Below are positions 1 through 14,413 of a stretch of 64,000 bases of DNA, in pieces (within the stretch, counting starts at the first letter, position 1; every line of letters starts with the position of its first letter). A program made the translations under genes and the position numbers. The notes under the pieces were generated by a model. That model was not told the DNA's origin. It saw only the letters and a list, made by a program, of their open reading frames with translations, and did no database searches. Source of the stretch: Eledone cirrhosa (lineage: Eukaryota); the NCBI GenBank assembly GCA_964016885.1, contig OZ024741.1, positions 349,556,001-349,620,000 of the forward strand, given 5' to 3'.

Positions 1-34
1 GGTTGTACTGGGTTACATATTACTTACCTGTACT

Positions 35-96
35 CACACACACACACACACCACACCACACACACCACACACACACACCACACACACACACACATA

Positions 97-187
<91 letters not shown>

Positions 188-270
188 GAGATAGATAGAT
201 AGATAAGTATGTATATATACATATGATTGTATGTATATATTTTCATACATATGAATTTATATATACATAT
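35..270. repeat. (CA)n/(TA)n/(GATA)n compound microsatellite, first of dozens in the window
   Basis: Directly visible. Similar tracts at e.g. 2511-2612, 8526-8589, 16090-16270 (CTA), 18215-18255, 21370-21438, 26108-26312, 27635-28050 (TC-rich), 43440-43670 and 55750-56436. Confidence 0.98.
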
Positions 271-1798
271 ATCTATACTGCTCAGACAATAGTTTCACAC
301 GGGAAAATGTGTGAGGTATATTATTCTCCACGCGCCACGCACCTATAATCTATATTGTTTTAATACCTAAATGGATGAGCGAATACTTTTGAGTGATGAA
401 TAAATAATCGTTGTTGACCAATTTATTTCATAGGATAATACTATATTATGCTTCGGTAGTTTATGCAAGGTTCATTTCCAGAGAGTTGGTTCAATTTTGT
501 AGATAACAACAGATGGTATAGTTAACCGAATTTTTTGCTGTTACCAGCATGGGTCTTTAGAAAAGCACCTGGGATAAATCTTCGCAGAAAATTGCTGATT
601 TTTATCTTATGCGCAAAATTTTATACTAAATTCCAAAGTGTTACTCTGTAAACAACTTCAAATTTATAAGATAAACTATTTCCCTTTCACTAAATATGAT
701 GACATGTAAAATAAAAATAAATAGATGAATATAAACATTTGCATGCAGATTATCTAAATAAAAATGTTAATATATGTATACATATATACGTATATGTGTG
801 TGTTAAGAAAAGCAAACTTTCAATAAATTTTCCAAAGAATTGACAAGACCTCCCTCCCTTCAACTAATGAGAAATGTGTTGTTGCAACAAAGATTATATC
901 ACTTGAAAATTACACAAATATAACTAATAATATTAATAATAAAAATAATGAAAACTTTCCGTACTTAAAGAAACAAATTCAACTGTTTCCCATTAATTTA
1001 CCACCTATTTTTATTTTTAATGTACATCTGGAGTGTTTTTCTTTACAAGAGATAAGGAACATTTCGCCATTATTTTCACAATAAAAGTCATGATTAGTAA
1101 AATAACCGTAAACCTTCTTCGCTGTTGCCTTAATGACTTCAAACGTATAAGACTCTTTTATACCGAGTCAGGAATGTATTATTTCTAGATACAAGTGATA
1201 TTTAGTCAGGTTTGAGCATGGTTTTGCGTAATTTGTACTTCGTTTCTCGAAAATATATTAGTACCACTTCTTTAAAAATAACTGTTCAACACATTTAATA
1301 CATGAATTTTCTGTCGACTAATGAAATTAATATTTCATGGGAAATCTTCATGCTAATCAAAGACATACAATACGGCCATTGTTTTCAAAGTCAAGGAACT
1401 CGCTTGCAAGGTATTTTAATGTGATGGACATCCATTGATATTAGGGTAGATTATTATAGGTCTTTTATTTCTAATTTATTTTTCATTTTCATGGTACATA
1501 CCACTTATTTTCAGATGAAATGCCATTTCTAATAACATTAATTTTGTTTTCTAATATTGGTGCATATACAGAATTTTGTAGGGGTGGGACATATAGTCAA
1601 CTATATTGTGTGTAGTAATTAACTACTTCATTTTGTTGACCCAAGCATGATATAAGGTAAAGACGATTTCAGTTGCATCTAACTAAATATTATAAGGCAT
1701 TTGTCCGCTACTCTTTTGATTCAGCCAATAAAACACTTTTCTACGAACATGAATATTAAAAGCAAAATTCCAAACACAGACTTAGTATGTACATGTAC

Positions 1799-1943
1799 CA
1801 GATCTGCCATCATCATTCCAAACGGGGAATACCATGAAAAAAAGTGCCCCCAAAACGGGGTGAAGTGAGGCAAAATGGAAGATATCTCCCACCCAAAGTG
1901 GGTGGGAGATCTACCCGTCGGACGGGGAGAGTTGACAGATCTG
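1799..1943. mobile_element. Short MITE-like DNA element (145 bp)
   Basis: Terminal inverted repeats CAGATCTGCCA / TGACAGATCTG. ATGTAC directly flanks both ends (1793-1798, 1944-1949). ACGGGG occurs three times internally. GC-richer than its flanks. Confidence 0.65.
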
Positions 1944-2509
1944 ATGTACAGAACAATATACGCAGATATATTTCTGCATCAATTTCTTGAAATAACCCGG
2001 CGTTATATATTTTTAGTGGCAGTGAGTGAGAACATACACGATTGAGTAAATTACAATCAATGTCTGGTAATCGAATTTTTCAAAAGGGACGAAAATAAAA
2101 TGCAAGTCTACACTGGGGAGATTTAATTGCATAATCTAAACAGTTGAATCTAATTGCTATAAGACATTTGGTCTGGTCCTCAGTGTGGTTGCCAATTGCT
2201 AGCCTTGCTAACATATATATTTATTCAAAGAAGGACAATTCCATTATTGTAAGAGAAGGATATACAAGATAAATAGAATGTCTATTTGTATTAGGATTAA
2301 AGGGATGAAAGTCAAAGTAAACATCACGGTAAAGTGCCAAAATATTTAATATAACACATGCAGTAAGGTGCTTCGCTGTCTCAGGCAATCAACTTATTTT
2401 CACGGATATGCAATAACACCCAAACATATAGACGTTAACGTACGTGTCTGTTTGTGTTTGAATGTGTTTATATTATCTCTGTTTATTTAGCTCAAACACA
2501 CTCACACGC

Positions 2510-2614
<105 letters not shown>

Positions 2615-2695
2615 GATCCCGAGTAGATTCGGAGGTATTCACAGTAAATATTTCTGTATAAGCCTTTTCTATACAAACCACTCTCTCGCTCCCTC

Positions 2696-2743
<48 letters not shown>

Positions 2744-3670
2744 CGTAAAGCACAAGATATTAATTTATAAGAAGAGGCAATTCTAAGAAAAAGGCCAATT
2801 TTGGTGTGATATGTAATAAAGAAATGGGTCAGCGTATAAGGGCGGATTTGTTGTAGCTGATGATAATAAAATTTAAGGAACTGATATTTCCTACCATGAC
2901 ATACAGTTCCTGGACAACTTTAGTTCTTTAATGCGTCATTCTATATATATACTCTTCAGTGCTATTTATAATTTCACAGGAATTGACTCATAGCTTATTA
3001 TAAAAAAGAAATGCTAAAGAAAAACGAACAAAAGGGAAATACCCCCGACAACAAGTATAAGCAGTTTTAATTAGGGATATAAAATTTGAACGACACGTTA
3101 ATAATGAAGTGTCTCAAAAATGATTCAATCTCATGTGACGTAATCGTACAAGCTGAGAGAACCACTAAGTTATTAAATGAACAATAAAATATATGGTTGT
3201 TCACTGACATTCTCTTTTTTTCACCTTCCACTTCTCTCTCAGATGTGCAACGAAAGATTTATGTAAATTATGTAAACTATATATATGTGTTTGTGTCTAT
3301 ATTGTATCTGTATTATTTTTGACCGTCGGCCAGTCAATGGCAACATTGAGGACCGAGTAAGTTAGATCGCAGATATAAAAGACAGCGAGAAGCGAAAACC
3401 AACCAAACAGTGAGTGTGTTCTGTTATTAATTCAGGCAATATTACGCAAATATGACCCTCCCCAAGTATAACAATATCTGTTTCGACACACGATTTCATA
3501 TATATATAGGGAGGGTACTTAATTCTCTTTCATTTAGAAATTACTTCTACAGGACTAGTAACGTTTCATTATGTGGTGGAATCATATTTTGACCATTTAG
3601 ATAAAATTATGAATTGACGTTTAGAAAAATCATTTATATTAAAATATAATAATCTTAACGTCACTTGTAC

Positions 3671-3714
<44 letters not shown>

Positions 3715-4100
3715 GTATGTATATATATATATTGCAAAAAAAACGGCAATATTTCATATTCTAGAAAATTTTAAATCGAAAGATAAAGAAAAGAAAAAGT
3801 AAGAGAATAAAGAGTGGAGGAGGCAAATACTGTACTATCCGCTGGTCAGCATGTTTCAGCTGCATCTCACAAACAAGAGTTCGAAGGTGTTGCTCCGAAT
3901 AACAATTCGTGACATGAACTCCATTAATCATTTCACCCCATGGGATTCCTTTCTTTTTCACGATGCTCAGATCCTGATTTGGCAATGGAAAACAGCCATC
4001 CGTCGACCGTAGTTCCTGCAGATCGTAATGGCGACCGACAAAAAGTAGAATATATTTATAAATGTCTGTTGTCTGGCTATCATTATCTTAGATTCACACA

Positions 4101-4281
4101 GGGCGGTGGATTGGCGAAATCGATAGAGCGTCGGATAATATGCTTCGCAGCTTAGAGTTACGCCCCTTTACTATCTGAGTTCAAATCCCACCGAGGTTAA
4201 CTTTGCCTTTCATCCTTACGGGGGTCGATAAAATAAAGTACCACTGGGATAATTGCTGGCTTTGTGCCAAAAGTATAAACA
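4101..4281 (+). mobile_element. tRNA-derived SINE, full length, with 19-bp TSD
   Basis: A-box-like TGGCGAAATCGATAG, B-box GAGTTCAAATCCC and central GCCTTTCATCCTTACGGGG(G)TCGATAAAATAAAGTACC. TSD ATTATCTTAGATTCACACA at 4082-4100 and 4282-4300. Confidence 0.92.
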
Positions 4282-4707
4282 ATTATCTTAGATTCACACA
4301 TGTTAAAACGGTGTTTCTTTCCTTTATTAATTTATAGAATATAAAATGGTAATACCCACCCCGAAAGAAGATATGGAGGCGAATATTCACGATATGGAAT
4401 TTACCAAAGAACCAAAAAAGTTAATGGAAGGCTTAATATAAATTGATGATGGCTCATACATTAAGACTTTCTCTTAAAGAAGTGCATTTAGCGAACATTG
4501 ACAATATTTGTCAAAGTTATATTTTTATTATTTTACTGGTTTCATTCATTGGACTATGGCCAAGCAAAGGCACCGTTTTTAAAGATTTTGGTGACCATAT
4601 AGCTCCAGTATTTATTTCAACTTAGTTCTTATTTTATTGATATCTATTTTCATATAGTTAAGTGATAGCGAGGACACCATGCAAACAACACGTTTAGACC
4701 ATTGTAA

Positions 4708-4850
4708 ATTGGCAGAGCCGTAAGAACGTCAGGCAGAATCCATAGTAGTATTCCTTCCAGCTCTCTGCACACTGAGTTCAAATCCCGCCGTTTCATCCTT
4801 CTTTAGAGGTCGATTGAAACATACCAGTCCAATACTGCGCTCGTTTGATC
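4708..4850 (+). mobile_element. Diverged partial SINE copy
   Basis: TTGGCAGAGCCG...GAGTTCAAATCCCGCCG...TTTCATCCTT...GGTCGAT matches the 4101 family with deletions. Confidence 0.75.
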
Positions 4851-6408
4851 CTTCACATCTCTTTCTCGCTTCCTCTTTATCCCTTTCCTTCTCTATGGGA
4901 AATTGCCTGTGTTCGAACCTAGAGAGGTTTGAAATGTCTCAAAAAAATGCCGTATGTCACGACTCCGTCAATAGTTACGGGTCCCTACATACAAACTTAG
5001 AGAGACACACAGCACTTACATATATGTGTGGGAGAGAGATAGAGAGAGAGTATGTTTTTAATAAAAATAACTAAAAAACAATTTTTTGTACAGAAACTTC
5101 AGTAAGAAAAAATGTGATTTAACTATATTCCACCATAAAATGAAACATATGCTTCTGGTAATTTAATTTCAATGGGAAATTTATTCAATTTTTTGTCGTT
5201 TTCGAGTCTTTTCGATATTCATTTACAGATTTCATTTTTCAACTTAAAATCATTAATCAATGATATTTTAATTATTTGGGTTATTTCCTGACCAATTTGA
5301 TGAATTAACCGAAAAACGTTTAAACTTATTAAACATTCTTTCGGGTACTCAAATTGCATATAGTATGCTAAATTGTTGCTTTAGGAAGAAGGCTGGCTAA
5401 ACTCTTAATCACCAAGGGACAAACATTGCAATATAACAGTTAATCTAAATATTTAGTATAATTTATATAAGACATTAACACCGATTCATGAAATACACAC
5501 ATTTATTGTCTAGAATATAACAGAGTTTTCCTGTGGTAATATATTTAAAGAATATATAATTTAGTTGTTGTTTTATTGCAAGTGAAAAAAGGATATGTTT
5601 CAGAAAAAAAGCAAATAGGATGCTTTGATGTTCGTGATTATTACAATTAGTTTGAAATGAAATGACATCAACTGTGTAGTGAGGTAATTTGACTGAAACT
5701 AGTCATTTACTGAACGCTACACACTAAATGGATTATATAACATTTGTAGTCGATACAGTATTAAATGATGTCTGTGCTCTAGTTGTATGTATGTCAGTAT
5801 GTGTTTGTAATTGTGGGGCAACCAGGTGTATAGCGTACTAAATATGTCATTCAAGAATTTGGTGATATTTTCTTATTCCAGAATTTTACAATAGCTTTTG
5901 TAATGGCTTTGTTAAGATAGAGCAGCATATATGAGTCTTTAAAAGGCCACTGTGATTAGAAATATGGGAGAAAAGAAGAAATCACATAAGTAATAAACTC
6001 TTTGAATATATCTTTCAAAACAATGTTCAGTGTCAAAATAATTATGACATTAATAACATAAGTTCTTATTACGATTTATCATAAACTTTATGACAATATG
6101 GGATAATATGCTTTCAGTATTAAATATCATACCAAAGGTGTTATAATTTAAATTTTAGCTTACAAATATAAACCATTAAATAGCTGTTTCGTATGGCACC
6201 ACAGCTTAATAAAGAAAATAGGTCTTATGATCTAGGTACCCAGTTGATATTTTGGTATTAGATTGTTAATATATATGCCTATCAAAGGTTTAATAGTCTT
6301 TTATCAAGAGTAGAATTTTGGATTTAGTAGTCACCCTTTTCTTCCCCATGCAATATTATCTTTGAACTTTCTGGGCAGGAATCTAAACAAAAACATGTAA
6401 TAGTTGTC

Positions 6409-6440
<32 letters not shown>

Positions 6441-6529
6441 CATGATACCATAAATCGGTAGCATTATATCAGGACACTCGAAAAAGTTTTTAATACAATG
6501 ATAAATGTCTAAACTACTTAGTGTATATT

Positions 6530-6577
<48 letters not shown>

Positions 6578-6581
<4 letters not shown>

Positions 6582-6765
6582 ATACTTTGGGAGGGTCATG
6601 TTGCCAATAAGAAACACACGCACCAGTTGCTTTCACTCCAATTTATTATAAATTAAATTTTTAAATCTAATAATTTATAAATTTCCGATTGGTTGGTTGG
6701 TTCCACAACCGGACGGTTGTTCATATATTGGCAAAGTTCTTTCGTCACACGTTCTGTCACCTCTT
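6578..6765 (-). mobile_element. Penelope-like family A, short 3' fragment abutting (TA)n and truncated at the HHR core
   Basis: Reverse complement of 7674-7860 and near-identical to 54640-54830. Confidence 0.85.
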
Positions 6766-7041
6766 GATTACAAAAATAATTACATTGTTGATCAATTTTG
6801 AGAGTATGACAAACGAATAGTTGTCAGTTCCCTTTGTGCTTCAGGAGCCTTCGTATTTTTGTTCTGTAAGTTTGAGTCGAGCAAAGAATTAAGATTTTTA
6901 TTTCCTCTCCGGTAGTTGGCTGATCGTTAACATCAGACGAATAAACATGATTTTTTTCTTAAATCCAAGAACCTAAATTCTCAGAGTACAGATGGCTCAT
7001 AGCGATCTCTCATGAGCTTTCAAAGATTAGCAAATATACTG

Positions 7042-7123
<82 letters not shown>

Positions 7124-7231
7124 TGGGTGTGTATGTGTCACTATATGTGAATATTACTGAAATTTCTCTCTACTCTGAGTTTCACAGATTGTAGTTAATC
7201 AGCGTAGCAACAGCCATAAATCTCAGTAATT

Positions 7232-7420
7232 TATAATTGTTTCTACTTTTGGCACAAGGCCAGCAATTACCCAGTACATTACTGGTACTTTATTTTATCG
7301 ACCCCGTAAGGATGAAAGGCAAAGTTAACCTCGGCGGGATTGAACTCAGACTGTAAAGGGACGTAACTATGCTAGAAAGCATGGCGTCCAACCCTCTACC
7401 GATACTGCCAGTTCCCCGTT
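7232..7420 (-). mobile_element. tRNA-derived SINE
   Basis: Reverse complement of the 4101 family; TTTATAAT flanks both ends. Confidence 0.9.
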
Positions 7421-7454
7421 TATAATATTCTTTACTTTAACATTGAACACTATT

Positions 7455-7919
7455 CTTTGTTCTGTCCTACGCCATCTTGTTTTTGTGTGTGTTGTGTGCT
7501 TGGTTTGCGCATGTGTTACATCCGGGTGTCTGTGTGTGATTAGATTTGTTTATACACAGACACTCGGATATAACACATGCGCAAACTAAGCACACAACAC
7601 ACACAAAAACAAGATGGCGTAGGACAGAACAAAGGAGTGGCACAAAAACAAAGAAAAGAATTCCCAGTCACTGAAGAGGTCACAGAATGTGTGACGAAAG
7701 AACTTTAACAATATATGAACAACCGTCCGGTTGTGGAACCAACAAACCAACCGCAAGTTTATAAATTCTTAAATTTATAAATTTAATTTATAATAAATAG
7801 GAGTGAAAGCAACTGGTGCCTGTGTTTCCAATTGGCAACATCACCCTCCCAAAGCATAACAATATCGGTTTCAGCACACGTTTTCAGATAAAGAATCTTG
7901 CTAAACAAATTCAGAAACG

Positions 7920-7920
<1 letters not shown>
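7455..7920 (+). mobile_element. Penelope-like family A 3' end with 5' fold-back (arms ~7455-7537 and ~7552-7634), ending in (TA)n
   Basis: Homologous to the 3' region of the GIY-YIG-bearing element at 54582-55683. The inverted duplication is visible directly. Confidence 0.87.
7667..7709 (+). ncRNA. Minimal type I hammerhead ribozyme motif (family A)
   Basis: GTCA-CTGAAGA-G-GTCAC(agaatgt)GTGAC-GAAAG-AA-CTT-TAAC. The 54800 copy has TGAC as the 3' strand of stem I, restoring GTCA/TGAC pairing. Confidence 0.7.
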
Positions 7921-7953
<33 letters not shown>

Positions 7954-8588
7954 ATAATAATAGATGTGAAGACTAAAATCCGTAGAGGGCTCGATAAGGA
8001 TTATATATATATATAAGGTACGCAGATACATACATACACACGCACACATGCGTAAATACATACAAACATACGTACGTACATACATATATATTGTTGTTTC
8101 TATTTCCTTTTGAATAAACACCAGCACTAGAATCGACAGTCGAATGATTTAGATTTTTAATGCTTATTACACGCAAAAATAGTTTACATACAGTCACACT
8201 CACCCCTCCTTCCCTCGCTTTCTTTCTCTCTTACACCCTCAGTTCCTCCCTCACAATATTCGTTCATAAATGCCACGTACGTACTATTCCCGTGGGTGCC
8301 TTCTCACTGTCACATATTGCGGATAATTATTTCTCTATAAAAAGTCAACAAGATCAGCACACTTCGGATCATGTTTTAAGAATTCCACATCCGCCTACTC
8401 ATAACATGATATTTTACTTACTGCAACTACTTTTAGATAACATTATAAAGATTATAAGGATGTAATACATGCGTGCGCACAATCGCATACACATACCTAC
8501 ATACACTCACTCACAAATACACACCTACATACATACATACATACATACATACATACATACATACATACATACATACATACATACATAC

Positions 8589-9200
8589 ATGGTGGCTGCC
8601 AACTCGTTTTCGAGTACGGCCACTACTTTATATCCATGTAGGAGAACCCCTACTGATGCGCTAAACGAGTGTGACTTTTCAGTCCAGCCAGCGACTTGAA
8701 AACTCGGGTACAAACACTACACTTGTGACAATTATTGACACATGGTTAAGCTGGGCCCATGGTACCATGTCACGACAAGTGCAGAGAGATCTCCAGATAT
8801 AAAGCAATGCTTGTGCCGTGAAGCTTTTATAGTGAGCAAAGGCACTGCACAAAGCCAGTCCCACTCTCTTAACCAAGATGATATTTACCAAAAAGAAGAA
8901 CAAGTCAACATCATTGGATACCATCAGAGTTGCAGGTGTTATATCAGAGTTTTCCTTCTCCTAGAATTCTGCCTTGACAAAGGCTAAGGGGTCATCTCTC
9001 CCGGTGATTTTGGATGGCCATTGACTCTTAAGAGCTCCTTTGCCCTTTGACAGGTTTTGTTTTTAGTCCTGCAGGATGTCCAAAGTCACCCTCCTCACCA
9101 GGCAACCTTGTGTGGGGTTGCCAGTTTAGTCGCCAACGACCCGACCATGAGACAGGTTGTACTGGGATACATGTTACCAGTAGCACCAACTGGTGACCTG
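8589..9200 (-). mobile_element. Non-autonomous RTE-related element inside an (ACAT)n tract
   Basis: 8589-8839 is homologous to 21438-21688, which encodes a C-terminal C2H2-like motif (CRVCTRVFKSLAGLKSH) typical of RTE/BovB-type ORF ends. Its other end matches window positions 1-24. Confidence 0.7.
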
Positions 9201-9816
9201 ACATACATACATACATACATACATACATACATACATACATACATACATACATGCATACATACACATACACATACGTACATACGTACATATATACTGCTTA
9301 CACAGATACATACACACACACATACATACATACACAAATGCACACATACATACACATATAGGCACATACATACATTCATACATTCATAGATACATACACA
9401 CATACATACATAGATACATACATACACACATATATGCATACATACATTCATACATATATTTACTCGAACTATACACAAACACACATGTGTGAGTATTTGT
9501 GTGCGTTTGTGTATGTTTTATGTATATTTGTATATAAAGACATACAAGCATTCACGGGAAAAAGCACTCAATACACAGATGTAATGTATAATGTAGAGCA
9601 ACTGAATGCGCGCGTCTTCGAGACAGAATTACGCATATAACTGATATACACAACTAATGCATTCATGAGCTCGTCCATTGGTAAAACTTCGAAGTCACTA
9701 ACAATTCTTTCATTCTGTCTCTTCCTCTCGCTTCCTACCCACTCTCTCTCTCTCCCTGTCTCTCTCTCTCTATCTCCCTCTCTCTATTGCTCTGCATATT
9801 TATGTGTGTGTATGTA

Positions 9817-9868
<52 letters not shown>

Positions 9869-9934
9869 AATACAACCCAACACTCTTGTCCATTTCACCC
9901 CTCCCCTGGCCTTATTCTCTCCCCACTTTCGATT

Positions 9935-9975
9935 CTCACCCGATGAAGGACTAACATCCGATATGTTGAAGAGAT
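9935..9975 (+). ncRNA. Degenerate hammerhead motif, family C
   Basis: CCGATGAAGGACTAACATCCGATATGTTGAAGA aligns to the 39332-39367 motif; GAAA is mutated. Confidence 0.5.
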
Positions 9976-10159
9976 TTCGTTTTCCGTGTTACTTTTCAGT
10001 TTTTTATTGTTGACTTTGACCACACGCACACGCGCACACACACACACGCACGCGCGCGCGCGTACATACATATTAATGAAAGTTACCGCTTCTAGACTTC
10101 GAAGTACTTACCATGTATTGAGTACTTCTTTGATTTGTGGTCCCAGTACCGCAGCCTAT

Positions 10160-10192
<33 letters not shown>

Positions 10193-10204
10193 CGCACACA
10201 CACA

Positions 10205-10552
10205 CAGTGGAACCTCGGTTCATGAACTTAATTCGTTTCTGAACTTAATTCGTGAACTTAATTCGTTTCTGAAGGCGATTTGTCACGAAATATTCGTAAA
10301 ACGAAACTATATTTGCCATACCAAAATGTTGGACAAGAAATTCAATGAGAAAAAGACGGTGTCTGAAAGACAGGTATATATCACCGTAGAAACTAACTAC
10401 GCACCACCATGTGACACTTTCCACCGATACTCCAAGCTTGTTGCCAACAGTTGTTGCTGGCTTGCGCGTGTTCCTTACTCAAGACACCATTCGTGAACCG
10501 ATACGTTTTATGTTCGGAAAAAATGGTCGCGAATAAAGACGTTCGCGAAACA
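10205..10552 (+). mobile_element. pogo/Tigger-like (Tc1/mariner) MITE remnant
   Basis: Starts CAGTGGAACCTCGGTTCATGAAC, a Tigger-type terminus. Short internal tandem repeats (GAACTTAATTCGT). Complementary TCGTGAACCG near 10491; the right terminus is lost. Confidence 0.6.
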
Positions 10553-10582
10553 TATCTATCTATCTATCTATCTATCTACCTA

Positions 10583-11105
10583 TTGTCATGATCAAACCGC
10601 CACCCTCCTTCAAAAACGAAGGAGAGGCGGTTTTCCTTTGTGTGATAGCTATGGCGAAAGAGGTTGTATGGTGGACAAGGTTGAAAGGGCTGAGGTCAGA
10701 CACCTTTCTCTCCGGCCAACAACTGATTCTTTTTTTCAAATACCACTTTGGAAGAAGAATCAGGATGGAGAGAGAGGTGCTGTACCCCAGCAAGTTTTAT
10801 GAAAGGTGGGTGAAAGTGGCGAGAATGGCCCGAGTGAATGGGCCTTCTCTCTATATCAGCCTGTAGGTTGAGGAAAAGGAGGAGGAGAGGAAGGGAGTAC
10901 AAACTCTTCGTACTCCTGGAGATGAGGGTTGCACATTTTTTTTCGGGGGTATGTGTTACCCATATAAACTGTCTCCCTCTATTGGGGAAAATCGACTAAC
11001 TTTTTAAATTCCATCTGTGATAACATTTTACACGTTTTTATTGTATGTAAACTTCCCCCTTTGTATTTGTCCCCTTCTTTTGTGCCCCTGTGGCTAATAA
11101 AGAAA
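10583..11105 (+). mobile_element. Tx1/L1-clade LINE 3' fragment in a (TATC)n tract
   Basis: ORF 10588-10866 (...FLCVIAMAKEVVWWTRLKG...FYERWV) resembles the Tx1 ORF2 C-terminus. It is followed by a 3'UTR, AATAAA at ~11096 and (TATC)n. Confidence 0.7.
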
Positions 11106-12689
11106 TATATCTATCTATCTACCTATTTATTAATATTATTGATGTTAATGATACTCCGGAAAAAAATCGTTGAGTGCTTATAATCTGTTGTAAATTAACT
11201 TTGTTGAATAATCAACAAACCAAACAACTCATTGTTTATATCTATATTGAAGTCCTTTTCATAAACATGGCGTATCTATTAAAAGGTAGATGAACGAGCG
11301 AAATGTAAATTGACCTTAATCAATGTGTATCTACAGGATATCTGCTAGTCTTACTAACTACGTACACATGCACACACACAAGCGCGGACATACATACGTT
11401 TGGAATTTGTTGCGTAATATAATTTGCTGCCTGCTGGTTTGTTGAATTACGCTTGTCTCCTGTAATAGTCGGTGTCACGACGTTTTTATTTTCGTGTTTC
11501 CATTTGAATATCTAAGTAAGGTCGTAAGTCCTCAGAAGTGTATTCCAAAGTCTTTCAACTTTGATGATTGCTATTGTTGATGACAAGATATTTCTCAGAT
11601 CTTTCATGTTTTGTTTAATGTCACAGAGATCTCTGTAAACAAAAAAAGTGACATCACGTTATAACATAACAATTTCATATCGAATACTCCATGCCACACT
11701 AACATATTTGTTGTAGCCTAGCTAGGGGATGTTGTGTGTGAGCGGCACAATTTTGGTGAATTGGACACTTTAGGTATACTGCATGTTATTCAGTGGCTCT
11801 CAAGGACCATTACGCACAGCTTAAATTCTATATTTGTAGCAATATGTAATGCTAAGGACAGACGCCTCATTCAGACTATTTTCTGATTGCTACAATAAAC
11901 TATGAGAAATTCCGCTCCAACATGCAGTTCCATAAATTGAGTCGACAGCAAAAGAAGCAATATTAGGGGCTATTATATGTTATGGAAAAACTCCGGAAAT
12001 CTCTTTAAAACTCGAAGTTACAAAATGTGTTGTTACAACAAAACATAAAAGGATTAAAAGTTAAATATGAAATGTTATTTATAGAATATAATCATATTTC
12101 CTGTTATATATGCTTAAAAGAGAATCCATTCTCCACTCAACCTTTCTAAGGATACATACACACACACACGCACACAGACACAAGCACAAACTAACACACG
12201 CCCATGAAGTTTTCAGCTTGTAGTAGCGTAATTGACAACATCCAGTATGTTGCAGATACATACTTCAATCCAATCCAGGGCCTTCTCACTCTTATTGGAG
12301 GAACTTCTCCCAGGTTGACCTTCACCGCTATCGGTTTAGTTTTGGTCATGCCAGTGGTGTAGCCGTACTCACCATGTTTGGTCAATTGCAGGTTGGTGAG
12401 GCTATTTAACACATAACTGGGTTGAATGTCTCAGAGGAATTCATCCGACTTTTCTACAGTTCTTGTTTCTGTGCTGCTGGGATTCCATTTATCCTCCTCA
12501 CCATATATAACTGGCCCAATTCCGAAGATCTTACCTCGTAACACACTGATAAACCTAACTATTTGTTAACCATCTAGTTTGGCCAACTAGCGACTGCATC
12601 ATTCATCACCATGTATATGTATTTGTCTGTCTATGTATGTGTATAAATGTGTGTGTGTATATGTTGAGAGAGTGGTGGATAATATAATG

Positions 12690-12884
12690 GTTTCTTATAT
12701 AGGCACAATTTGGGGGGAGGGGAAAGTCGATTAAATCGACTCCAGTGCATGATTGGTACTTTATTTTATCGACCCCGTAAGGATGAAAGGCAAAGTTAAC
12801 CACGGCGGGATTTGAACTCAGTCCGTAAAGGGACGTAACTGTGCTGCAAAGCATGGCGTTCGACCCTCTACTGATACTGCCAAT
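12690..12884 (-). mobile_element. tRNA-derived SINE with ~14-bp TSD
   Basis: Family match; TGGATAATATAATG on both sides (12676 and 12885). Confidence 0.9.
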
Positions 12885-13921
12885 TGGATAATATAATGAT
12901 AAATAGATACAGTCTCTACGTCTTTGTTATTTTTACCACCTGGAGATAGGACTAGATAAAAAGAATATAGAGTAAATGGGAAAACAGCCGACAGATATGG
13001 TATTTAAGTGTTTGGTTTCATCCCAAATACTTACCTTTACCTAAAGGTATCCGCGATATCTTATGACTAAATAAATAGTAAAAATCTGTCGCATCTGGCA
13101 AAGACTGGATTCTTGTTTTTGCCTGTGCCCGATTCAAAGGCAATATGCCGAAGACATTGTAGATGTGGGATATCTACTGATCTAACTTGAGAAAGGTAGC
13201 GGTAGCGCGATAGGTGAACTGGCTATTTGTTGAAATGTTAAGGTAAACGACTTATTGACTGAAATCAATAAAACAAAATTACATGTATATATATATGTGT
13301 GTGTATGTGCATGTATATATGCGTGTGTGTTTATGTATATATATATATATGTGTGTGTGTGTCTGTGTGTATACGAATATATATATATGGGGCTGGTATT
13401 ATTCCTTGACAATTTTAACCAACTCATTTAATGCTATACGCAACTATAGCGTATATCCATACCCTGAAGAATATATTGTAACTATTGTCTTAAATGTTGA
13501 TACGACAGACAATGTTTGTAACTAAGCTGACAGGGTCACTTATTCCATCCAGCATAATCTACGAGTGTTTCTCTGCGTCGTTTAGCTTATAGTAGTAAAA
13601 AAAAGCTCAGGTCACATTCATCTATGAGTCTGGAAAGCACTTTGCCAGATTAACTTGTTTAGTTACCCATAGCCAATTAGTTATTTGTATTACAACATTC
13701 AAACAGACATACTATGTATATAATCGCTCTTACAATATAGAGATATATGGTCGTCTCATTTATTTTAACATTGATTTATTCAGTTGACACTCCGAGATTC
13801 CCCATGAATGCAAATTTGTGAATAGTGACAGAAAGAAATTACTGCTTCGAATAAATAAATGCACTGTACTTGTACCCACACACACAAACGGAAACTGCAG
13901 ACGGCAGAATTATATATATAT

Positions 13922-13967
<46 letters not shown>

Positions 13968-14264
13968 ATATATAAGAAGAGGGCGTGTATGTGTTTACAT
14001 TTGTGTCCGTAAGTTCGACAAAAAAGGGAAAAATAGAATAAGTACCAGACTTGAGTAAAAGTGCGTAATGGGGTCGGTATGATCAACTAGATCAATGCCG
14101 ATGTCTCAGCATGGCTGTAGTCTTGTAACTGAAGTCAGTAAAGGAACAGAATAATATATATATGTGTGCGTTTGTGTGTTCTCCATACTTCATGAAAGTA
14201 GAGTGTAGTTATTATAGCGTCTAATGCCGTCGGCCAGGCTTAAACAGTCGGACATTAGACCTAA

Positions 14265-14360
<96 letters not shown>

Positions 14361-14389
14361 ATAGAAATGACTTCTAGAAGAATGGAGAT

Positions 14390-14413
14390 GTTTCATTCGT
14401 AAGAAATCATCAG
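14390..14413 (-). ncRNA. Hammerhead-core-like motif, family D
   Basis: Minus strand reads CTGATGA-TTTC(ttac)GAAT-GAAAC; same family as 44860 and 25715. Stem I could not be resolved. Confidence 0.5.

Noticed and set aside
10224-10272. CRISPR-like short repeats (GAACTTAATTCGT x3)
   Set aside because: No unique spacers, no cas genes, eukaryotic context; internal duplication in a MITE.
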